This document shows positions 26,549-37,552 of a DNA stretch of 64,000 bases, one piece after another. A program made the position numbers and the translations under genes. Every line of letters begins with the position of its first letter. The first letter of the stretch is position 1. The notes under the pieces are model-generated. The model did no database searches and was not told where the DNA came from. It saw nothing but the letters and a program-made list of their open reading frames with translations. The stretch comes from Candidatus Omnitrophota bacterium (GTDB lineage: Bacteria; Omnitrophota; Omnitrophia; Omnitrophales; Aquincolibacteriaceae). Location of the stretch: positions 37,536-101,535 of the forward strand of contig DAOPYQ010000001.1 in NCBI GenBank assembly GCA_035352955.1, given 5' to 3'.

Positions 26549-26705
26549 AAAAGTCGGGAAAACAAAACAAAAAGGGATCCGTCATCCTGAGCGCGTCCCG
26601 CGTTGCGGGGCAAGCGAAGGATCTCGTTTTAAGATTCTTCGGGTTTTGCCCTCAGAATGACGGTTGGGCTGGGGCGCCGCAGAAGGCGGTGGGCGCATGA
26701 AAAAG
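26521..26705. repeat. 33-bp perfect direct repeats (26521-26553, 26673-26705) flanking a 119-bp imperfect palindromic element (MITE/REP-like insertion) at the ATPase-permease junction.
   Basis: ggcgccgcagaaggcggtgggcgcatgaaaaag occurs twice. The insert contains GTCATCCTGAG…GAAGGATCTC-gtttta-AGATTCTTC…CTCAGAATGAC nested inverted repeats. Confidence 0.75.
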
Positions 26706-29225
26706 GCGAATCTTTTTATCATTTTCTGGCGCGAGATGGCGGCTTATTTCAATTCCGCGATCGCGTACATCTTTCTCGTGATCTTCGCGCTCCTGAACGG
26801 CGGGCTTTTCATGACGCAGTTCTTCGTGGGCGGACGGGTGGACATGCGGCCGTTCTTTTACATGTTGCCGTTCTTTCTGGCGGTCTTCCTCCCGGCGGTC
26901 TCGATGCGGCTTTGGTCGGAGGAGCGGCGCGGGAACACGCAGGAACTGCTCCTGACTTTCCCGATGCGGCCGTACGAACTTGTGCTCGGGAAATTTTTTG
27001 CGAGCTTTGCGTTCTATCTTGTCGCGCTCGCGTGTACTTTTCCGGTGCCGGTCATGCTGGCGGTGCTCGGCCGCCCGGACGCCGGAGCGATCCTCGGGGG
27101 ATATCTCGGTGCGGCGTTCTTAGGCGGGTTTTTTCTGGCGATCGGGATCCTGGTCTCCGGGTTCTGCCGCGACCAGATCACGGCTTTCATTCTTTCCATG
27201 ATGATCTGCTTTGGCCTTTACCTTGCGGGGATGGAGTTCGTGGCGTCTTCGATGGACGGATGGATCCCGGGGGCGGGGACGTTCCTCCGGCATTTTCTGG
27301 GCGCGGCGGATCATTATGATTCTTTTGCCAAAGGGGTGCTCGACAGCCGCGACGCGCTTTATTTTGTCGTCGGGGCCGCGGTCGCACTTGTGTTGAACGG
27401 GTTCTGGATCGAAGGGCGGATGAGGCCGAAAGCCGCTTCGATCTTTGCGACGGCCGCGCTGATCTCGGGCGGGATTTTCCTTTTGAGCAACTGGTTCGTG
27501 GCGGGTCTTCCGCTCGGCCGGTTTGACGTTAGCGAAGGGCAGATGTACACCATCTCACCGGCGACCCAAAAGATCCTCCGCAGTCTTAAAACGCCGGTGA
27601 TCGCGAAGCTCTATATTTCTCCGGCGGACAAGATGCCGACGTCGATGAAGAGCCTTGAGCAGGATGTCCGCGACAAGCTCGAAGAACTGCGGGTGGTGTC
27701 GGACGGCCATTTCCAATACAAGGTCTTCCACATGGATCCGGCGAACGTGACGGAGGGCCGGAAGGCGGACGCCAAGGAGGAGACGCTGGAGGAGCAGCTT
27801 TCCAAGAAGGGGATCGAGCCGTTCCAGGTGGAGTCGATCCAGTCCGACGAGGTGGGGGTGCGGCTTGTGTACTGCGGTCTGACGTTCTCTTATAAAGAAA
27901 AGCCCGAGGAGATTTTGCCGCGCATCCATCCAGGAAGTTTGTACGAGCTGGAATACGCGATCATTTCCAAGATCTACCGGATGACATTGCCGGAGATCCC
28001 GAAGGTCGCGCTTGTGGCGCCTTATGAGGAGCGGTCGGTGGACCCGAACCTGATGGCGTTGCTCGCGCAGTTGGGGGGCGGCGAGGTTCCGCCGAGTTAC
28101 CGGGACGATGTCTACGAGCTTCTCCAGATGGGGTTGCAGTACGAGGGGTATCCGGTGGAGAGGATCACATTGGACAAGGACGGTGCGATTCCCGAGGGGA
28201 CGAAGACCCTTGCGATCGTTGAACCGAAGAGCCTGAACGACCGGCAGAAATACGAGATCAACCGGTTCCTTTGCCAGGGCGGTTCGGTTTTCATGGCGGT
28301 GCAGAATTACGAGTATGATTACCGTCCCGCCCGGGGGATGGTGGAGCTGGTCCCGAAGGAGGATTCTCCCGATGTGAACGACCTGCTTTCCGCGTGGGGG
28401 CTCGGGGTCGATACGAACGTGCTCGCGGACGAGCAGAGTGAAGTGATCACGCTTTCCGGTGGCGGGCGCGGGGCGTTTCAAGGGGTGACGATCCCCGTGA
28501 AGCTTCCGGTCCAGATCCTGTTGACGGACGCGGAGATGAACCTGAAGGTGTCCATCACGTCGCGTCTTTCGGCGTTCTTTTACATGTGGGGAAGCGCACT
28601 CAAGATCGATGGCGCGAAGCTCCAAAGCCAGAAATTGAAAGCGGAAACGCTGCTCCATTCCACGCGGAACTCGTGGACCGTGCCGTTCAAGCCGAACGCG
28701 ATGGCCCCGGAATTTTTGCTCCGGACGGCGCAAAGCGCCAAAGGCCCGTTCCCGCTCGCGGTGCTGGTCGAGGGGCAGTTCGCTGATGCCTACAAAGACC
28801 TGAAGGTCGTTCCGGAATGGCCGTCTGCCGCGAAGCCCGCGGAACCCCCGGCGGCGCCCGGGACACCGGCCGCTCCGAGAGGTGAGTCTGGGCGGACCGG
28901 AGCGGCGCTCAAACCCGCACCCGGGAAGCTTCTTTTGATCGGGGCGGCGACGCCGTTTCGCAAGCAGTTGATGCAGGGCGGCGGGCACCTGAACTTTTTT
29001 CTCAATGCCATCGATATCCTGACGCTTGGCGATGCGCTGGTGGGCGTCCGGTCGAAGGGGCAGGTCAATCGCGCGCTTCCCAGGATCTCGGCGCCGGCGA
29101 AGATGTTCTGGCGCTTTTTTGTGATGTTCCTTGTACCGGGGATCGTCGCGCTGGCGGGGTTCGTTCGCGCTTCTCTCAGGCGGCGGGCGAAGAAACAGTA
29201 TTTGAAAAGCCTGGCCGCGGCCTAA
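26697..29225 (+). CDS. ABC-2 permease fused to a GldG-like auxiliary domain (GldF-GldG-type).
   Basis: N-terminal 6-TM ABC-2 permease (…MAAYFNSAIAYIFLVIFALLNGGLFM…), a large extracytoplasmic GldG-like region and a C-terminal TM. Start MKKANLFIIF overlaps a short upstream ORF (ATGA). Confidence 0.7.
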   Translation: MKKANLFIIFWREMAAYFNSAIAYIFLVIFALLNGGLFMTQFFVGGRVDMRPFFYMLPFFLAVFLPAVSMRLWSEERRGNTQELLLTFPMRPYELVLGKFFASFAFYLVALACTFPVPVMLAVLGRPDAGAILGGYLGAAFLGGFFLAIGILVSGFCRDQITAFILSMMICFGLYLAGMEFVASSMDGWIPGAGTFLRHFLGAADHYDSFAKGVLDSRDALYFVVGAAVALVLNGFWIEGRMRPKAASIFATAALISGGIFLLSNWFVAGLPLGRFDVSEGQMYTISPATQKILRSLKTPVIAKLYISPADKMPTSMKSLEQDVRDKLEELRVVSDGHFQYKVFHMDPANVTEGRKADAKEETLEEQLSKKGIEPFQVESIQSDEVGVRLVYCGLTFSYKEKPEEILPRIHPGSLYELEYAIISKIYRMTLPEIPKVALVAPYEERSVDPNLMALLAQLGGGEVPPSYRDDVYELLQMGLQYEGYPVERITLDKDGAIPEGTKTLAIVEPKSLNDRQKYEINRFLCQGGSVFMAVQNYEYDYRPARGMVELVPKEDSPDVNDLLSAWGLGVDTNVLADEQSEVITLSGGGRGAFQGVTIPVKLPVQILLTDAEMNLKVSITSRLSAFFYMWGSALKIDGAKLQSQKLKAETLLHSTRNSWTVPFKPNAMAPEFLLRTAQSAKGPFPLAVLVEGQFADAYKDLKVVPEWPSAAKPAEPPAAPGTPAAPRGESGRTGAALKPAPGKLLLIGAATPFRKQLMQGGGHLNFFLNAIDILTLGDALVGVRSKGQVNRALPRISAPAKMFWRFFVMFLVPGIVALAGFVRASLRRRAKKQYLKSLAAA

Positions 29226-29262
29226 AAATTCTTTTCCGGTGCCGGAAATTTAAAAAGGGATT

Positions 29263-30333
29263 TTGATGAATCAAAGGACGATCTTCATTCTGAGCGTGAT
29301 CTTCGGGGCTCTCGTGTTGGGGCTCGGAGTCCAGGCGCTCTTCCGGGCTTACGATCGTACCACCGCCGGGTCCGGACGGGACGGATCCGTACTCGCCGTT
29401 TCGTTCGATCCCGCAAAAGTCGAAAAAATCTTGATTGGCCGCCCGGTCCAGCCGGCGGGACGCGCCGCGGTGGCTCCGGTCGAACTCGTGAAGGACGGCG
29501 CGGCGTGGAAGGTGAAAAATCTCTGGAACGCAAAAGCGGACCCCGCAAAAATTAAAACCCTTCTGCAGAAGATCGGCGCGCTTCGCGGGGAGTTCCGCGG
29601 CTCCGGCAAGGACCTTTTCCCCGATTTCGGCATTACCGATACCGAAGCTTTCTCGCTCAAGTTTGAAGCCGCCTCCGACGTCTCCGTTCTCGATCTGCGG
29701 ATCGGCACGAAGCCGGCCGGGAACGGCTATTTTGTCCGGAAGGCGGGCGGCAACGACGTCTATTTTGCGGAGATCGACCTGGCCGGCCTCTTTGGTATTT
29801 TTACGCCGTTTGAGGACGCCATCCCCGCCGGGGATTTTTGGGCGGATGTGACCCTCTTCGACCTGGCCCCGGAAAAAGTCCGAAAGATCACGGTCAACCA
29901 TATCCGCGGCACCGAAAAACAAATGACGGCCGGATGCGCCCTTGAGAAAGATCCCAAGGATCCCGCCCAGACGACGTGGGTTTTTTTGCAGCGCGCGGAC
30001 AGGTCCTTTGCCCTCGATCCCGACAAGGTGCTCCGTTTCATCGCCACGCTCAACAGCGTGAAAGCGCAAAAAGTCGTCGATCCGGCCGGCAAAGATTACG
30101 GTCTCGAAAAACCGGCCTGGGAGATCGCCGTGACCGAGGGTGAGCGCGAGACGGTCCTCAGCCTTGGCGCCAAGGACGAAAAGACTAGCAGCTATTTTGT
30201 GAAGATCTCCGCCGTTCCCGCCATTTTCCAGCTGAGCGCCTATTATGCCGAGGACCTCCAGATCGACGATTCCCGTTTTATGAAAGAAGCTCCGAAAGAA
30301 AATCCTCCGGTCGCTGCTCCGGCGAAGCTCTGA
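29263..30333 (+). CDS. Secreted hypothetical protein (DUF4340-like; commonly follows GldG-type ABC genes).
   Basis: N-terminal signal/TM. No catalytic motifs. Synteny with the ABC-2/GldG system. Confidence 0.45.
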   Translation: MMNQRTIFILSVIFGALVLGLGVQALFRAYDRTTAGSGRDGSVLAVSFDPAKVEKILIGRPVQPAGRAAVAPVELVKDGAAWKVKNLWNAKADPAKIKTLLQKIGALRGEFRGSGKDLFPDFGITDTEAFSLKFEAASDVSVLDLRIGTKPAGNGYFVRKAGGNDVYFAEIDLAGLFGIFTPFEDAIPAGDFWADVTLFDLAPEKVRKITVNHIRGTEKQMTAGCALEKDPKDPAQTTWVFLQRADRSFALDPDKVLRFIATLNSVKAQKVVDPAGKDYGLEKPAWEIAVTEGERETVLSLGAKDEKTSSYFVKISAVPAIFQLSAYYAEDLQIDDSRFMKEAPKENPPVAAPAKL

Positions 30334-31127
30334 TGAAACCCTATCTCGATCTTCTCCGGCACATCCTTGAGCATGGCGTTGAAAAAAAAGACCGTACCGG
30401 CACCGGGACCGTCAGCACGTTCGGCTATCAGATGCGCTTTGATCTCGCCAAGGGGTTCCCTCTCGTCACCACAAAAAAAGTCCATCTCAAGTCCGTCCTC
30501 TATGAACTGTTGTGGCTCCTCAAGGGCGATACCAACATCCAATATTTGAAAGACAACGGTGTCACGATCTGGAATGAGTGGGCGGACGCGAAGGGAGACC
30601 TGGGGCCGGTCTATGGAGCGCAGTGGCGTTCCTGGGAAAAACCGGACGGGACCGCCGTAGACCAGATCGCGCAAGCGGTCGAGATGATCCAAAAGAACCC
30701 CGACAGCCGGCGCATCATCGTGAGCGCGTGGAACGTCGGGGAGATCGAAAAGATGGCGCTTCCGCCGTGTCACACGTTCTTCCAGTTCTACGTCGCGGAC
30801 GGAAAACTTTCCTGCCAGCTTTATCAGCGGAGCGCCGATGTGTTCCTGGGCGTGCCGTTCAATATCGCGTCTTATGCGCTCCTCACGATGATGATGGCTC
30901 AGGTGACGGGCACCCGCCTCGGGGAATTCGTGCATACGTTCGGGGATGTCCATATTTATTCCAATCACAAAGAACAGGTGGCCCTGCAGTTGTCCCGCGA
31001 GCCGCGCCCGCTGCCGCGGATGAAGCTCAACCCGGCGGTCAAAAGTATTTTTGATTTCAAGTTCGAGGATTTCACGATCGAGGGGTATGACCCGCACCCG
31101 GCCATCAAGGCGCCGGTTGCCGTTTAA
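30333..31127 (+). CDS. thyA: Thymidylate synthase.
   Basis: [26 protein letters not shown]… …[11 protein letters not shown]… catalytic Cys block. Confidence 0.9.
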   Translation: MKPYLDLLRHILEHGVEKKDRTGTGTVSTFGYQMRFDLAKGFPLVTTKKVHLKSVLYELLWLLKGDTNIQYLKDNGVTIWNEWADAKGDLGPVYGAQWRSWEKPDGTAVDQIAQAVEMIQKNPDSRRIIVSAWNVGEIEKMALPPCHTFFQFYVADGKLSCQLYQRSADVFLGVPFNIASYALLTMMMAQVTGTRLGEFVHTFGDVHIYSNHKEQVALQLSREPRPLPRMKLNPAVKSIFDFKFEDFTIEGYDPHPAIKAPVAV

Positions 31128-31164
31128 AGACAGCGCATTGTTGCGCGAAATATCAGGAGGTTTC

Positions 31165-31659
31165 ATGCTTTTTCATATCGTAGCTGTTGCAAACAACCGC
31201 GTGATCGGGACCGGGAACCAGCTCCCGTGGCATTTCTCGAACGATCTTCAGCATTTCAAGAAGACGACGAGCGGGCAAACCGTGATCATGGGGCTCCGGA
31301 CGTTCGAAAGCCTCGGATGTAAAGCTCTGCCGAAACGGACGAACTTTATTCTCGATCACACCGGCGCAAAGCCTTACCCGAACCAGACGTTTTTTTCCAC
31401 CGTGGACGAGGCTCTGAAGAATGTCCGGACCGAGCACGCGTTCATCATTGGCGGCGCCCAGCTGTACCGGACCACGATCGACCGTGTGGACGGGATCTAC
31501 CTGACCCGCATTCACGCCGATTTCAACGGGGACGTCTATTACCCCGAGATCCCCGCGGCATTCGCGGAAAAATCCCGCAGCAAGCTGCAGGACAACCCGT
31601 TGCTTGAAGTGATCTATTATGAGAAAGCCCCCAAGAAGGTTTGCCGCTGTTGTGGCTGA
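31165..31659 (+). CDS. folA: Dihydrofolate reductase.
   Basis: MLFHIVAVANNRVIGTGNQLPWHFSNDLQHFKKTTSGQTVIMGLRTFESLG…. RBS caggagg upstream. The ORF-track start at 31051 is rejected. Confidence 0.85.
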   Translation: MLFHIVAVANNRVIGTGNQLPWHFSNDLQHFKKTTSGQTVIMGLRTFESLGCKALPKRTNFILDHTGAKPYPNQTFFSTVDEALKNVRTEHAFIIGGAQLYRTTIDRVDGIYLTRIHADFNGDVYYPEIPAAFAEKSRSKLQDNPLLEVIYYEKAPKKVCRCCG

Positions 31660-32263
31660 GACGTCACTGTATTTTAAACAGTTCAGCGTCGGCTATATGC
31701 AAAACTTCGCGTATCTGATCGGGGACAAGAAGACGAAGGAATGCGTGATGGTGGATCCGGCGTGGGACGTCGACGCGATCCTGAAAGAGGCGAAAGCGGA
31801 CGGGATGAAGGTCGTGGCCGGGATCCTGACGCACACGCACTTTGACCATTGCAACGGCGTGGAGCAGCTGGTCGAAAAGACCGGCGTAAAGATCTACGTC
31901 CACGAAAACGAAGCCAAGTACATCAAAGAGATCAAAAACCACCTTGTCGAGACGAAGGAAGGGTCCACGCTGAAGATCGGTTCGGTGGAAATGACATTCC
32001 TTCACACCCCCGGCCATACGGAAGGCTCCCAGTGCATCCTGGTGGAAGGGAAACTTGTTTCGGGGGACACCCTTTTTGCCGGGGCCTGCGGCCGTTGCGA
32101 TCTTCCGGGCGGTGACGAAAGAAAGATGCAGGCGAGTCTGAAGCGGCTTGCGGCCCTGGATCCGGAACTCGAGGTCTATCCCGGACACGCCTACAATGAC
32201 GTCGAGTTCTCCACGATCGGCCATGAACGGCGCACGAATCCCTTCATGCATTTTCAAAACTAA
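31652..32263 (+). CDS. MBL-fold metallo-hydrolase (glyoxalase II-like).
   Basis: …THTHFDHCNG… HxHxDH motif. …PGHTEGS…. The start is uncertain (GTG at 31652 or upstream). Confidence 0.7.
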   Translation: MAETSLYFKQFSVGYMQNFAYLIGDKKTKECVMVDPAWDVDAILKEAKADGMKVVAGILTHTHFDHCNGVEQLVEKTGVKIYVHENEAKYIKEIKNHLVETKEGSTLKIGSVEMTFLHTPGHTEGSQCILVEGKLVSGDTLFAGACGRCDLPGGDERKMQASLKRLAALDPELEVYPGHAYNDVEFSTIGHERRTNPFMHFQN

Positions 32264-32284
32264 AGAATCAAAATTGAAAAAGTA

Positions 32285-32340
32285 AAACCACAATTTAAAA
32301 TTCAAAACGCTTTGGTCTGTGGTTTTGATCTTTGCCTTTT
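32285..32340. repeat. Left copy of a ~57-bp inverted repeat (itself containing an 8-bp-stem hairpin AAACCACA…TGTGGTTT).
   Basis: The reverse complement matches 32866-32922 at ~55/57 positions. Confidence 0.85.
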
Positions 32341-32360
32341 AAATTTTGAGATAGCAGTCT

Positions 32361-32852
32361 ATGGAAGATTTCAGCATCAATAAAGAGGAAGAGGCATTCC
32401 GGCTGATGCGGGAAGCCTATGACCAGCAGATGGCCGGCAAGGTCGATGAAGCGATCGAACTCGCCCGCAAGTCGATCGAACTCCACGCCACCGCGGAGGC
32501 ACATACGCTGCTCGGATGGACGTACAGCTGCAAGGGACGCTACGGCGACGCGATCCGGGAATGTGAAAAAGCGGTCCGGCTGGATCCGGATTACGGTAAC
32601 CCCTGCAATGATATCGGGGCGTATTTAATTGAGACCGGACGATGGGACGATGCGCTTCCCTGGCTTGAAAAGGCCACAGCCGCCGAGCGGTACGACGGAC
32701 GGTTTTATGCCTGGTACAACCTGGGCCGGGTTTGGGAGCATAAAGGGGATTGGGCCGAGGCCCTGAACGCCTATCGGCATGCCGTCGAGCTCAATCCGGA
32801 GTATTCCCTGGCCGCCAAGGCCGTGAGCCGGATGGAAGCGATGCTAAATTAG
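32361..32852 (+). CDS. TPR-repeat protein.
   Basis: 163 aa with 3-4 TPR-like motifs (…AEAHTLLGWTYSCKGRYGDAIRECEKAVRLDPDY…). Confidence 0.6.
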   Translation: MEDFSINKEEEAFRLMREAYDQQMAGKVDEAIELARKSIELHATAEAHTLLGWTYSCKGRYGDAIRECEKAVRLDPDYGNPCNDIGAYLIETGRWDDALPWLEKATAAERYDGRFYAWYNLGRVWEHKGDWAEALNAYRHAVELNPEYSLAAKAVSRMEAMLN

Positions 32853-32865
32853 ATTTCAAAGTTTA

Positions 32866-32922
32866 AAAGGCAAAGATCAAAACCACAGACCAAAGCGATT
32901 TGAATTTTTAATTGTGGTTTTG
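32866..32922. repeat. Right copy of the ~57-bp inverted repeat flanking the TPR gene.
   Basis: aaaaggcaaagatcaaaaccacagaccaaagcgatttgaatttttaattgtggtttt, the reverse complement of 32285-32340. Confidence 0.85.
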
Positions 32923-32940
32923 ATCTTTCAGATTTGATCT

Positions 32941-33519
32941 CTACGCTAAGTTTTTAGCGACGAAATCCCAATTCACCAATTCCCAGAACTTTTCCACGTA
33001 TTTGGCGCGAGCGTTCCGGTAATCGATGTAATAAGCATGTTCCCAGACATCGCAGGTTAGAAGCGGGGTCTGGCCGTTCGCCAGCGGATTGCCGGCATTG
33101 GACATCGCCTCGACGCCGAGCGAACCGTCCTCGTCTTTGACCAGCCAAGCCCACCCGGAACCGAAAAGTCCGACCGCCATGTTGGTGAACAAGGTCTTGA
33201 ATTCCTCAAAGCTGCCGAACGATTCGTTGATCGCGTTCGCGATCGCGCCCGTCGGGGCGCCGCCGGCCTGCGGCTTCAGGCAGTTCCAGTAGAACGAGTG
33301 GTTCCAGATCTGGGCCGCGTTGTTGAAGATCGGACCCTTGGTGGTCTTGATCAATTCTTCGAGGCTCTTGGAGGCCTCCGGCTTTCCTTCCGTGAGTTTA
33401 TTGAGGTTGTTGACGTACGCCTGGTGGTGCTTGCCGTAATGGAATTCCAGGGTTTCCTTGGAAAACTGGGGGGCAAGCGCGTCTTGCGCGTAGGGAAGTT
33501 CAGGTAATGTAAAAGACAT
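32941..33519 (-). CDS. sodA: Fe/Mn superoxide dismutase.
   Basis: MSFTLPELPYAQDALAPQFSKETLEFHYGKHHQAYVNNLN… …DVWEHAYYIDY…. RBS aaagga 8 nt upstream of the internal Met start. Confidence 0.9.
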   Translation of the reverse strand: MSFTLPELPYAQDALAPQFSKETLEFHYGKHHQAYVNNLNKLTEGKPEASKSLEELIKTTKGPIFNNAAQIWNHSFYWNCLKPQAGGAPTGAIANAINESFGSFEEFKTLFTNMAVGLFGSGWAWLVKDEDGSLGVEAMSNAGNPLANGQTPLLTCDVWEHAYYIDYRNARAKYVEKFWELVNWDFVAKNLA

Positions 33520-33660
33520 GTCTATTTCCTTTCGTTGAGCTGAGAGAATGTTGCGTGATTGAAAACGCGTCATTATATCATAATAAACACGCTCTCCAAA
33601 ACGGAGACGGGGGCAGGTTCTTTCGTTGCAGACGGGCGTTGATTTTGCGAGAATGATCCC

Positions 33661-33852
33661 ATGCGCTACTGGACCCGTTATTTTCTTCCCGGAATTTTGT
33701 TGATCTTGCTCGCGTTCTGGGCGGGATCGCTTCCCTCGATGATCTTTGCGCTCATCGGATTCCTCTCATTTTTTGTCGTGGGTGTGACGTTAATCATAGA
33801 AGGCGCAAAACAACGTAATGATCGAGGCGCAACACATCACGATAAGCGATAA
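33661..33852 (+). CDS. Small membrane protein (hypothetical).
   Basis: Two hydrophobic helices. 63 aa. Confidence 0.3.
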   Translation: MRYWTRYFLPGILLILLAFWAGSLPSMIFALIGFLSFFVVGVTLIIEGAKQRNDRGATHHDKR

Positions 33853-33893
33853 CCTTGCCCGTTGCGCGTTGAGTTTTCAAAAGGATTACGGTC

Positions 33894-34286
33894 ATGATCT
33901 ATTTCAAAATTCTTAGCATCATGTTCGGCGCAGGGATGGTCGCCGGCGGGCTTTGGATCGTTCTAGGTGCGGCATGGTGGAAGAGCGTTTTTCCGAAGCT
34001 TTATCCCGAGAAAAAGCCTGCGTGGGTGCTCCTGAGCATGGCGGCAACCTTGGCGCTCGTGGCCTGGACCTGGGGGGAGTTTTTGACGCATCCGAGCGCG
34101 TATGCCTTTGTGGTGACGGCTGTGGTGAGCTTGGCGCTTCTGAAGGTTCTGTTGCTTTCTTTTTTTTATCCCAAATGCCGTGAGATCGTTTCGGGGCTTT
34201 TGGCGGAGCCGCTGGCGCTCCGGGTCGTGATGTTGAGTTCGGCGGCGGTCGGGGCGGCGCTTTTGTTCCTCGGTTTATTTTTCTGA
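33894..34286 (+). CDS. Membrane protein (hypothetical, 4 TM).
   Basis: Hydrophobic helices throughout. 130 aa. Confidence 0.4.
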   Translation: MIYFKILSIMFGAGMVAGGLWIVLGAAWWKSVFPKLYPEKKPAWVLLSMAATLALVAWTWGEFLTHPSAYAFVVTAVVSLALLKVLLLSFFYPKCREIVSGLLAEPLALRVVMLSSAAVGAALLFLGLFF

Positions 34287-34318
34287 TCTGAAATCATGGA
34301 AATACAAGGAGGTTTTTA

Positions 34319-34699
34319 ATGGGTCGCAAGTGGGGCGTTCTTTTGTTGTTGGTTACGGGGGCGTGTTTTTTTCAATCCTGCACCGCGGCGGCGCCGCTCG
34401 CGACGTCGGAAATGGTCGAATCCAAACTTGGCGGCGTGACGGTCGGGGAGACCCAGAACGAGGTGATCGACGGTTTCGGGAAGCCGCATTATACCGTGAG
34501 TTTTTCAAAAGCGCCGGATGTCTACGATGTCTGGGAGTACGAACTCGGGAATTTCATGTACCGTGACGCGGGGGTCTTGATCTTCAAGAACGGTTATGTG
34601 GTCGCGGTGAGGCGGAATACCTACGAAACGCTCAAATACCTTGAGATGGTGAAAGTCATTCCCGATGCCGAGTTCTCGAGTCTACGGGATAATTCGTAA
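34319..34699 (+). CDS. Putative lipoprotein (hypothetical).
   Basis: Signal peptide with lipobox-like …FFQSC. 126 aa. Confidence 0.4.
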   Translation: MGRKWGVLLLLVTGACFFQSCTAAAPLATSEMVESKLGGVTVGETQNEVIDGFGKPHYTVSFSKAPDVYDVWEYELGNFMYRDAGVLIFKNGYVVAVRRNTYETLKYLEMVKVIPDAEFSSLRDNS

Positions 34700-34750
34700 A
34701 CGGTAAAAAGTGGCGGGCCATGAGGCTCCTCCTTTATCCTGCGCGGCTTG

Positions 34751-35017
34751 TTATTCGACCGTTTGGCAGGATTGCGTGAGGAAGATCGCCTGATCGTGAT
34801 TCACTTCGAAAAATCCGGGACCCACCAGGAAGTCTCTTTCCATCCCTGACGTTTCGCGGACGGATAATTTCCCGCCTTTAGACGAGGTCAGATAGGGGGC
34901 GTGATGGGCGAGGACGCCGGCAAATCCGTTCTCGGTCGGAAGGCAGGCATGCAGGACCGTTCCCTGATACGCCGCCCCCTGCGGGGTAATGATCTTTAGT
35001 GAATAGAGAGTAGCCAT
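34751..35017 (-). CDS. atpC: F0F1 ATP synthase epsilon subunit (short form, beta-sandwich only).
   Basis: MATLYSLKIITPQGAAYQGTVLHACLPTENGFAGVLAHHAPYLTS…. Confidence 0.8.
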   Translation of the reverse strand: MATLYSLKIITPQGAAYQGTVLHACLPTENGFAGVLAHHAPYLTSSKGGKLSVRETSGMERDFLVGPGFFEVNHDQAIFLTQSCQTVE

Positions 35018-35101
35018 ATTTACACTCGGGCCACGTGCTCCGGGTCACGCGCCACGTTAAAGCTTTTTCGTGGATCGTGTCCCTTGGACCGTGTCCCGGT
35101 T

Positions 35102-36511
<1,410 letters not shown>

Positions 36512-36592
36512 CTATTTCTCTTTTCTCTAGAATGTCGGATGACGGATGTCGGAGGACGATTCAGTTTCTCGCCCTCCATCATCCCATCTCCG

Positions 36593-37471
36593 TTATCCTG
36601 TTTTAAGGGCTTGTGAGCCCGAAACGATTTCAATAAGTTCTTTGGTAATGGCTGCTTGCCGGACCTTGTTACGCAAAAGGACCAGCGAATCGATGAGTTC
36701 CGAAGCATTCTCCGTCGCCTGATGCATGGCGTTCATGCGCGCCGTTTGTTCCGCGACGAGCGATTCCAGGAAACACATCCGCATCTTGGACTCAAAGACG
36801 AGCGGGATCAATCTCGCGAAAAGCGCCGCGGGATCCGGCTCCATGATGTAATCCGTTCCGTCGGCGGCCGGTTCTTTTTCCGAAGCTCCGGCGGGAGAAA
36901 GAGCGAACGGCAGCAGTTTGTCGGTCGTGGCCCGGGAGATACCTTTGCTCACGAAATGGCTGTGGATCACATAGACCGCGTCGACTTTTTTTTCACAGAA
37001 GAGCGTCCCGGCCATCAGGCTGATCTCGGTGAAGACGGATTCGAGCTGGGAGGTTTTCGTGTCCTTGAACGCCGCGTGCCAGGCGTAGCCGGCGCGCGAC
37101 AATCCGTTGATGCCGTTTTTCCCCATCCCGATCAGGAGAGGTGTTTTCGCCATTCCTTTCAGGAATCTCTTGGCGGTCTCGATCAATTCATTATTGAAAG
37201 AACCGCATAGCCCGGTGTCCGAAGTGATCAGGACAAGCGCCGCTTCTTTTTCTTCGCGCGTTTCGAGAAGGGGATGCGTGGGCGGTACGCCGGTACGAAG
37301 AAGCCGCGTCAGGACGCCTTCCAGCGACGCCACATAGGGCGCGGCCTGGTGCATCCAGGTCTGGTAGCGCTTTAGCTTTGCCGTCGCGACCATCTCCATG
37401 GCCTTGGTGATCTTTTGCGTGCTTTCAACGCTCCGGATCCTGTTTTTTAACGCACGTAACTGTCCGCTCAT
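36593..37471 (-). CDS. atpG: F0F1 ATP synthase gamma subunit.
   Basis: MSGQLRALKNRIRSVESTQKITKAMEMVATAKL…. Confidence 0.9.
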   Translation of the reverse strand: MSGQLRALKNRIRSVESTQKITKAMEMVATAKLKRYQTWMHQAAPYVASLEGVLTRLLRTGVPPTHPLLETREEKEAALVLITSDTGLCGSFNNELIETAKRFLKGMAKTPLLIGMGKNGINGLSRAGYAWHAAFKDTKTSQLESVFTEISLMAGTLFCEKKVDAVYVIHSHFVSKGISRATTDKLLPFALSPAGASEKEPAADGTDYIMEPDPAALFARLIPLVFESKMRMCFLESLVAEQTARMNAMHQATENASELIDSLVLLRNKVRQAAITKELIEIVSGSQALKTG

Positions 37472-37552
37472 GATTCTCTCAGAATGGAGGAGTGCGGATG
37501 GCGGATGGAGCTAGGTTTTTCGCCATCCTCTATCCTTTATCCGTCATCCGGT

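Noticed and set aside
26479..26700. 73-aa ORF spanning the ABC ATPase/permease junction as an independent gene.
   Set aside because: It is a by-product of the 33-bp duplication plus the palindromic insertion. Only the 51-codon portion starting at the duplicated ATG (26545) might be translated. This is reported as a finding instead.
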